Assembly: GCA_044376115.1 (NCBI GenBank)
Contig: JBILLK010000023.1
Location: 64,001-128,000 of the forward strand
DNA from: Polyangiaceae bacterium
GTDB taxonomy: Bacteria; Myxococcota_A; Polyangia; Polyangiales; Polyangiaceae
Length of the DNA: 64,000 nt
Direction of reading: 5' to 3'
Part shown: piece by piece, positions 57,410-64,000 of the stretch
How positions within the stretch are numbered: position 1 is the stretch's first letter
Layout of the letters: each line of letters starts with the position of its first letter
The notes under the pieces: model-generated
What the model was told of the DNA's origin: nothing
What the model saw: only the letters and a program-made list of their open reading frames with translations
Database searches by the model: none
Program-made: the position numbers and the translations under genes

Positions 57410-58681
57410 TTGGCGAACGACGTGATGATCGAGGTGAAAAACCTCAGCAAGATGTACGGGGGCTTCCGCGCACTGGACCGCGTTAGCTTCCAAGTCCGTC
57501 GCGGAGAGGTCGTTGGGTTCCTGGGCCCGAACGGCGCCGGCAAGTCGACGACGATGCGAATCTTGACCTGCTTCCTGTCGGCTAGCGACGGAGTGGCTCG
57601 AGTTCACGGCATCGACGTGTTCGACAACCCGCTGGAGGTCAGGCGCAAGCTTGGTTACCTCCCGCAACGGGCGCCGCTCTACGGCGAGATGCGCGTTTGG
57701 GACTACCTGCGTTTCTGCGCAGATATGCGCGGACTTTCCGAGTCCACCTTCAAGTCGCGGATGAAGCGCGTGGTGGAGGTTTGCGGTCTAGCGAAGGTGC
57801 TCGGGAAAGACATTCGCACGCTCTCCCACGGCTATCGGCAACGCGTCGGCCTCGGTCAGGCGCTGGTGCACGAGCCGCCGATCCTCATCCTCGACGAGCC
57901 CACGAGCGATCTCGATCCGAACGAAAAGGCCGAGGTCATTCGCTACATCCAAGAGATCGGCAAGAACCACACGGTGCTGCTCTCGACCCACAACCTGAAT
58001 GAGGTCGAGGCCGCCTGCGCCCGCGCCATCATCGTGTCGAAGGGTCGCGTGGTTGCAGACGGGCCGCTCGACGAAATTCGCGCCAAGAGCGGCGTTGGCC
58101 GCTACGTAATCACGGTCGAGGAGAAGCGCGCTCGCGAAGGCTTCAAAGCCCCCACGGCGCAAGAGGCTCACGAGGCCCTGCGCGCCATCAAGGGCGTGAC
58201 CGGCGTTCAAGAGCTCCCCACCGACGACCGCGCGCACGCCTTCCAGTTGAACGCGCCGCACGGGGTGGACCTGCGCGCCGACCTGTTCCAGCTGATCCTG
58301 CAAAAGGGCTGGATGCTGCTCGAGATGCGCCGTGAGTCGCAGACCCTCGAGGACGTCTTCAAGGCCCTCACGCGCGGCGACGAGCGTGCGGACCGAGGCC
58401 TCGCCGCCCTTGTCGGGGAGTCCTTCTCCCCCGACGAAGATGAGGATGATGAGGACGAAGACGAGGACGAGGACGAAGACGAGCAGGAAGACGAGAAGCC
58501 GGCCGCCAAAGCCAAGGCACCGTTGAAGCCCGCTCCGAAGAAGGAAGAGCCGAAGAAGGCCCCGCCGAAAGCTGAAGAGGAAGACGACGAGGACGAAGAA
58601 GACGACGAGGACGAAGAAGACGACGAGGACGAGGACGAAGAAGAAGAGAAGCCGGCCGCCAAAAAGGGAGCAAAGAAATGA
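57410..58681 (+). CDS. ABC transporter ATP-binding protein, GldA-like, with an acidic tail
   Basis: GPNGAGKST, LSHGYRQR, ILILDEP; GGAGG before TTG at 57410. Confidence 0.92.
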   Translation: MANDVMIEVKNLSKMYGGFRALDRVSFQVRRGEVVGFLGPNGAGKSTTMRILTCFLSASDGVARVHGIDVFDNPLEVRRKLGYLPQRAPLYGEMRVWDYLRFCADMRGLSESTFKSRMKRVVEVCGLAKVLGKDIRTLSHGYRQRVGLGQALVHEPPILILDEPTSDLDPNEKAEVIRYIQEIGKNHTVLLSTHNLNEVEAACARAIIVSKGRVVADGPLDEIRAKSGVGRYVITVEEKRAREGFKAPTAQEAHEALRAIKGVTGVQELPTDDRAHAFQLNAPHGVDLRADLFQLILQKGWMLLEMRRESQTLEDVFKALTRGDERADRGLAALVGESFSPDEDEDDEDEDEDEDEDEQEDEKPAAKAKAPLKPAPKKEEPKKAPPKAEEEDDEDEEDDEDEEDDEDEDEEEEKPAAKKGAKK

Positions 58682-59412
58682 GCGCCACTCTCACCATCGC
58701 CAAACGTGAATTGCGGGCGAACTTCGACACCGCCGTTCCCTACGTCGTGCTTTGCCTCGGCTTGCCGCTCTTGGCGCTGCTCTTCTTCCGCTCGTCGAAC
58801 GGCTTTTGGCAGGCGAACCGAGCGAGCCTCGAGTCGCTGATCCTTTACGTCTCGCGTGGTGTCGCCGTGATGGCCAGCGTGCTGACCATGAGGGTCATGG
58901 CGGAAGAGCGTCGCAGCGGCACGCTCGAGATGCTGATCACCCTGCCGGTGAAGGACCACCAAGTGATCCTCGGCAAGTTCCTCGGCACCTGGGCGGTCGT
59001 TCTGCTCGGCGTCGCTGGGACGCTGCTGTTTCCGCTGATGATGTTCGGTTGGCCGTGGAAGCTCGGCCCGCTCGACTGGGGTCCGCTCTGGGTTGGTTAC
59101 TTGGGCATCGTGCTTTCGAGCGCTGCCACGGTGGCGGTCGGCATGCTGATTTCCTCGCTCACCGAGAGTCAGGTCATCGCCTTCTTCGTCACCTTCGCGG
59201 TCACGCTGGTGCTCCACCTGAGCGGCATGTTCGTCGACTCGATCGACTACCCGCCGCTGCGCTTGACGCTGGCCTTCGTCAGCTTCGACGCACGCATCGC
59301 CACCTTGGCTCGCGGGCTCGTGACTACGCGAGACCTTCTCTACTTCGTTTCAATCGCCGTCATCGCGCTGATGGCCTCCTTTCACGCGCTCGAGCGCCGC
59401 AAGTGGGCGTGA
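58678..59412 (+). CDS. ABC-2 permease, GldF-like
   Basis: IAKREL, TMRVMAEERRSGTLEML, SSLTESQVIA. Confidence 0.9.
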   Translation: MSATLTIAKRELRANFDTAVPYVVLCLGLPLLALLFFRSSNGFWQANRASLESLILYVSRGVAVMASVLTMRVMAEERRSGTLEMLITLPVKDHQVILGKFLGTWAVVLLGVAGTLLFPLMMFGWPWKLGPLDWGPLWVGYLGIVLSSAATVAVGMLISSLTESQVIAFFVTFAVTLVLHLSGMFVDSIDYPPLRLTLAFVSFDARIATLARGLVTTRDLLYFVSIAVIALMASFHALERRKWA

Positions 59413-59421
59413 GGTTTTACG

Positions 59422-61278
59422 ATGGAACGCAAAACAACAGCTAAAGTCGCGACCAGCGCCTACCTCCTTTTGGTGGCCGGCATCCTCGTCATCGCCAACA
59501 TCCTTTCGTATAACAGCTACAAGCGCATCGACATGACCGCCGAGCAGCGTTTCACGCTCTCGGAAGGATCAAAGCGGCTCGTGTGTGAGGGTCTGAAGTC
59601 GGACCTGCAGGTGGACGTGTACGTCACCCGCGGCATGGCCAAGACCGACATCTTCGTTCAGGACCTGACCGACCTGCTGACCGAATACGAGCAGGCCAAA
59701 TACAAGAAGGCCGACGGCTCGGAATCCCCGCCCTCCAAGTTCAGGTTCAGCATCATCGAGCCCAAGACCGAGGAAGAGAAGAAGGCCGCCAAAGACGAGG
59801 GCCTTCAGGAACAACTGCTCGGCGAGGACAGCGAGACGCAAGACCAAACCACGGTGGCCGTGGGCTACATGGGCTTCGTCATCAAGTACGGCTCCGAGAA
59901 AGAGGTCATCCCGAGCTGGCCGCCGGATAGCACCAACGGCGTCGAGTTCTTCCTCTCCAACAAGATCCGCGAGGTCCGCGATCGCGCCGACAAGCTCGAG
60001 CGCAAGTTCGGCCTGATCACCGGCAAAGACGAGCTCAAGATCAGCGACAACGCGATCGCCCCAGGCAATCAGCCGTTCAACCTGAAGCAGGTCTTCCAGG
60101 AGTACTTCCCGTTCTATCAATTCGAGGACGTGGACCTGCAGAACGGCGACGCCGAGATCAACAAGGACCTCGTCGGCATCATCGTCACGCAACCGGCGAA
60201 GGACTACACCGAGAAGGAGCTGCGTCGCATCGACGAGTTCCTGATGCTCGGAGACAAGTCCGCCGTCTTCTACGTCAGCGCGGTCAACGTCAAAGCGTCT
60301 GACAAGGACATGAAGGCGACGCTCAACACCTGGGGCCTCGAGAAGTTGTTCGACGGCTACGGCGTGGAGATGAAGCGCGAGGTCGTGCTCGACTTTGCTG
60401 GCGCCTTCCGCCAACCGGCGATGACGCAGAACGGCCAGCAGATTTGGGTCGTCGCGCCCGGCATCACCATGCTGACCGATGATGGCACCTACGAGGGAGA
60501 CGAGGCGCTGATCGACACCAAGTTCTTCTCCTTCTTCCGCATGCGTCAAATCGCCTTCCCGTTCGCCTCTCCGCTGGTGGTCCACAAGGATCGGCAGCCG
60601 GGGGCTGAGCTCCAGGTGGTGGCACGCTCGAACCCGCGCTCGAGCGTGGACGCGAGCGACAACATCTCGCTCAAGTACTCCGACGAGGTGAAGGAGCGCG
60701 CACCGCAAGAGCAGCGCAACTTGGCCGTCGCCGTCACCGGCAAGATCAAGAGCGCCTTCGCCGGCAAAGGTGAAGACCTCGGTGTCAAGGCGAACCCCGA
60801 GTCGCCCACCGACAGCCGCATCCTGATCGTCTCTTCATCGCAGTTCTTGGCCAACCCGTTCGCACGCGCTGGCAACCCTCCCCCGATGCCGCCCCAATTG
60901 CAGATGATGGGGCCGATGGGCGGAGATCGAGAGCTGCAGATGGTGGCGCGTCCCTACCTGGACGTGGCCTTCCGTCCGATGATCTTCTCCTTCAAGAACA
61001 CCCTCGACTGGATGTCGAACGATTCGGATCTAGTGGCTGTCAGCGCCAAGCTGCTCGGCGACCCGACCCTCACCTACTCGGTCAAGAAGCCGCGCGGGGA
61101 AGAGGGCGACACCGAGGAGGCGATGAAGAAGAAGTACGAGGCGTACAAGCAAGAACGCGCCGATCAGCAGAGCCTGGTCTCCTGGGTCCTCACGCTGCTC
61201 CCCGCCGCGCTGATCGCAGCCCTTGGGCTCATCCGCTGGTGGCTGCGTGAGTCCGGCCGAGACTCAGTACGAGTTTGA
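59422..61278 (+). CDS. GldG-like ABC auxiliary component
   Basis: RIDMTAEQRFTLSEGS, N- and C-terminal TM helices, NTLDWM. Confidence 0.85.
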   Translation: MERKTTAKVATSAYLLLVAGILVIANILSYNSYKRIDMTAEQRFTLSEGSKRLVCEGLKSDLQVDVYVTRGMAKTDIFVQDLTDLLTEYEQAKYKKADGSESPPSKFRFSIIEPKTEEEKKAAKDEGLQEQLLGEDSETQDQTTVAVGYMGFVIKYGSEKEVIPSWPPDSTNGVEFFLSNKIREVRDRADKLERKFGLITGKDELKISDNAIAPGNQPFNLKQVFQEYFPFYQFEDVDLQNGDAEINKDLVGIIVTQPAKDYTEKELRRIDEFLMLGDKSAVFYVSAVNVKASDKDMKATLNTWGLEKLFDGYGVEMKREVVLDFAGAFRQPAMTQNGQQIWVVAPGITMLTDDGTYEGDEALIDTKFFSFFRMRQIAFPFASPLVVHKDRQPGAELQVVARSNPRSSVDASDNISLKYSDEVKERAPQEQRNLAVAVTGKIKSAFAGKGEDLGVKANPESPTDSRILIVSSSQFLANPFARAGNPPPMPPQLQMMGPMGGDRELQMVARPYLDVAFRPMIFSFKNTLDWMSNDSDLVAVSAKLLGDPTLTYSVKKPRGEEGDTEEAMKKKYEAYKQERADQQSLVSWVLTLLPAALIAALGLIRWWLRESGRDSVRV

Positions 61279-61300
61279 ACGAACGTCTGGAGTGAATGAG

Positions 61301-62566
61301 ATGAAGACCGAAACCAAAGTAGTCGGAGCGGTAGTTCTTCTCGCCGGCCTCGGTGGGTTGCTTTTCTACCGCAACAACGAAACCAAGGCTGAGCGTGAAG
61401 CTCGATCGCAGACGGCCACCAAGGAGAACCTTCCCAGCATCACGCTGACGCCCGAGCAGACCGATCGCATCACCAAGCTCGAGTTCAAACCGTCGGGGAA
61501 AGACAAAGACGGCAAAGACAAAGAGAAGATCGTCCTCGAGAAAAAAGGGGACAATTGGGAGCTCGTCGGGGTTGGCGCCAAAGTGGCCAGCACCGAGATC
61601 AAGAGCCTGCTCGACGGGCTGAAGGCGTTGAAGGTCAAAGACACGATCGACCGCGGCACCGCCGCGTACGATCAATACGAGGTCGCCGACGGTAAGGGCA
61701 TCGCCTTTACCGCCTCAGCGGGCTCGGAGGTCTTGCTCAACGTGGTCTTCGGTTCGAGCGGCTCGCGCGGACAGACCGTGCGCGTCGTGGGCAAAGACGG
61801 CGTGTACGTCGCAGACGGCTACCCCTCGGCACAAATGTCGAAGGACGCCAACGGCTGGCGCGACAAGTCGATCCTCAAGTTCGAAGACGCCAACGTGGCC
61901 TCGGTCTCGATCGAGAACGCGTACGGCAGCTACGCCTTCACCAAGAGCGGCGACAACTGGGCCGGCACCTTCACCAAGAATCCCAACGCCCCGGTCGAAA
62001 AGACCGAGGAAAAGAAGGATGACGGCAAGAAGGACGAAAAGGCCGACAAGAAAGACGACGCCAAGAAAGAAGACGCCAAGAAGTCCGACAAGAAGGACGA
62101 CGCCAAAAAGTCCGACAAGAAGGACGACGCCAAGAAGGAAGACAAGGCTGAGCCTGCAAAGGACCCTTCCAAGTCGGGCTCCGGCTGGGAGAAGTTCGAC
62201 GGCAAAAAGGTCGAGAACCTCTTGCGTGCTTTCAAGGCGCTCAACGCGACCGACTTCGCCTCTGCCTCAGACACGGACACTGGCGTTACCAACGCAGCCA
62301 AAGAGGGCGGCCTTATCACGATCGTGATGAAGGACGGCACCAGCATCAAATTGATGGTGGGCAAGAAGCAGAAGGGCTCGAACCGCTTCGCGAAGAAGGA
62401 CGGCGACGAGACGGTGTTCGTGATCTCGTCTTGGGCCGGAGATTGGGCTGCCGGCGAGCCCAAGAAGTTCGAGAAGGACGAGAAGAAAGAGGGCGGCGAC
62501 GCCGACCCGCACGGTGGTGCCCACGGTGCAGAGGGCATGGATTTCGATCTCGAAGGAATGGAGTAA
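61301..62566 (+). CDS. DUF4340-like protein with a Lys/Asp-rich insertion
   Basis: N-terminal TM helix, two repeated units, WRDKSIL; position after gldAFG-like genes. Confidence 0.75.
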   Translation: MKTETKVVGAVVLLAGLGGLLFYRNNETKAEREARSQTATKENLPSITLTPEQTDRITKLEFKPSGKDKDGKDKEKIVLEKKGDNWELVGVGAKVASTEIKSLLDGLKALKVKDTIDRGTAAYDQYEVADGKGIAFTASAGSEVLLNVVFGSSGSRGQTVRVVGKDGVYVADGYPSAQMSKDANGWRDKSILKFEDANVASVSIENAYGSYAFTKSGDNWAGTFTKNPNAPVEKTEEKKDDGKKDEKADKKDDAKKEDAKKSDKKDDAKKSDKKDDAKKEDKAEPAKDPSKSGSGWEKFDGKKVENLLRAFKALNATDFASASDTDTGVTNAAKEGGLITIVMKDGTSIKLMVGKKQKGSNRFAKKDGDETVFVISSWAGDWAAGEPKKFEKDEKKEGGDADPHGGAHGAEGMDFDLEGME

Positions 62567-62572
62567 AGCAAC

Positions 62573-64000
62573 GTGAAAGCCTCGTACCGTTGGCTCTGTG
62601 AGCTGCTTGGGCCCGCCTTTACGGCTTCTCCCAAGGAGGTCGCTGAACGATTCACCGGTGCGGGGCTCGAGGTCGAGGCGGTCACGAGCTTCGGCGTGGC
62701 CGCCAAGAGCGCGCTGGTCGCTGAGGTGGTGGCCAAACGAGCCCACCCCTCACGACCGAAGTTGACGCTGGTTACGATCAGCACGGGCGCTGCGAGCGAG
62801 GAGATCGTTTGCGGCGCGCCCAACGTGCCGGAGCCGGGGGCGCGCGTCGTGTTTGCGCCCGTCGGTACGCACCTGCCCGCCAAGGGCCTCACGCTCGAGC
62901 CGAAGGAGATCGCCGGGGTCGAGAGCCGCGGCATGCTCTGCAGCGAAGCGGAGCTCGGGCTGCGTCTGAGTGGGGGCGACGGCGGCATCATCGTGCTGCC
63001 CGCAGACCTCAAGGCGGAGCTTGGGACTCCCCTCGCCCAAGCCGTCCCGGAGTCGTGCGACGAAATTTTTGAGATCGGCCTCACGCCGAATCGGCCCGAC
63101 GGCCTCGGTCACGTGGGCCTCGCGCGCGAGCTCGCTGCGCTGATGAACCTGCCTTTCACGCTGCGCGAGGCGGTGCCGGCGCGAGTGGACCCAGCGCTGG
63201 CGGTGGAGTCACAGCTGAGCGTGCGCATCGAGGAGGAAGAGCGATGCCCGATCTACGGCGCGCATTTCGTCAAGGACGTGAAGATCGGCCCTTCGCCGCT
63301 TGGTGTTCAATACAGGCTCGAGGCGCTCGGAGTACGGGCGATCTCCAACGCCGTGGACGTCACCAACCTGGTGATGCTCAAGTACGGCCACCCGATTCAC
63401 GGCTTTGATCCGCAGCAGGTCCGCGGCGGAACCATCGTGGTGCGCTGCGCGAAGCCGGGCGAGTCGATGGTTACGCTCGACGGCATCAAGCGTGAGCTCG
63501 TCGCCGACGACCTGCTGATCTGCGACGGTGAAGGGCCGGTCGCTTTGGCCGGCGTGATGGGCGGAGAGGCCAGCGGCGTGAGCCCAACCACCAGCGGCCT
63601 GTTGATCGAATGCGCGTACTTCAGCACGCGCGGCGTCCGGCGCAGCGCGCGCCGTCATGGCATGCACACCGAATCGAGCCATCGTTTTGAGCGCGGGGTG
63701 GACCCGAGCGACGTCGCCCTGGTGTTGGCCGAGGCAGCAGCGCTCACCGTCGAGCTTTGTGGTGGCACGGCGGCGGCCAGCGCGCTGCGCGTCGGGCCCG
63801 GCGTCGCGGCTCCCAAGCCGATTCGGCTGCGCCCCGCGCGCGCGACCAGCCTGCTTGGCCTGGCGATCCCGCAGGCTGAGATGGTATCGATCTTGGTGCG
63901 GCTCGGTTGCACCGAGGTTCCTTCGAGTGAGCCGGAAAGCGTGAGCTTCGTGCCGCCTGGGCATCGCCCGGATCTCACGATCGAGGAGGATCTGATCGAG
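62573..64000 (+). CDS. pheT: Phenylalanine--tRNA ligase beta subunit, runs off the window end
   Basis: Translated by hand: (M)KASYRWL, GLEVE, IVCGAPNV, GVESRGMLCS, LTPNRPD, AGVMGG, SHRFERGVD, HRPDLTIEEDLIE. Confidence 0.96.
   Translation, partial: MKASYRWLCELLGPAFTASPKEVAERFTGAGLEVEAVTSFGVAAKSALVAEVVAKRAHPSRPKLTLVTISTGAASEEIVCGAPNVPEPGARVVFAPVGTHLPAKGLTLEPKEIAGVESRGMLCSEAELGLRLSGGDGGIIVLPADLKAELGTPLAQAVPESCDEIFEIGLTPNRPDGLGHVGLARELAALMNLPFTLREAVPARVDPALAVESQLSVRIEEEERCPIYGAHFVKDVKIGPSPLGVQYRLEALGVRAISNAVDVTNLVMLKYGHPIHGFDPQQVRGGTIVVRCAKPGESMVTLDGIKRELVADDLLICDGEGPVALAGVMGGEASGVSPTTSGLLIECAYFSTRGVRRSARRHGMHTESSHRFERGVDPSDVALVLAEAAALTVELCGGTAAASALRVGPGVAAPKPIRLRPARATSLLGLAIPQAEMVSILVRLGCTEVPSSEPESVSFVPPGHRPDLTIEEDLIE

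Noticed and set aside
61930..63964. Minus-strand ORFs over the window end
   Set aside because: The real gene is plus-strand pheT, absent from the ORF track because its stop lies outside the window

Overview
GC-rich, gene-dense bacterial chromosome segment. Lipoprotein-rich genes, a MYXO-CTERM tail, TPR/PEGA proteins, Ser/Thr kinases and a DUF1592/DUF1552 pair point to Myxococcota, probably Polyangiaceae-like (inference). It holds about 61 CDS and one tRNA-Arg(UCU). Housekeeping genes are infC, uppS, cyaY, lipB, lysC and a partial pheT. I found no CRISPR array, integrase or transposase. The best candidate for an undescribed system is the tightly coupled run at 200-7138: infC, a CX4CH heme lipoprotein, a TPR/PEGA-fused DUF3570-like outer-membrane barrel, a diheme lipoprotein, a second CX4CH lipoprotein and a membrane Ser/Thr pseudokinase. 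Other candidates are a lipoprotein-anchor/collagen fibre pair, a heme c-fused copper monooxygenase, a CBM-containing DUF1592/DUF1552 pair and a GT4-fusion/GH130 pair. All family names come from reading motifs by eye, not from database searches.
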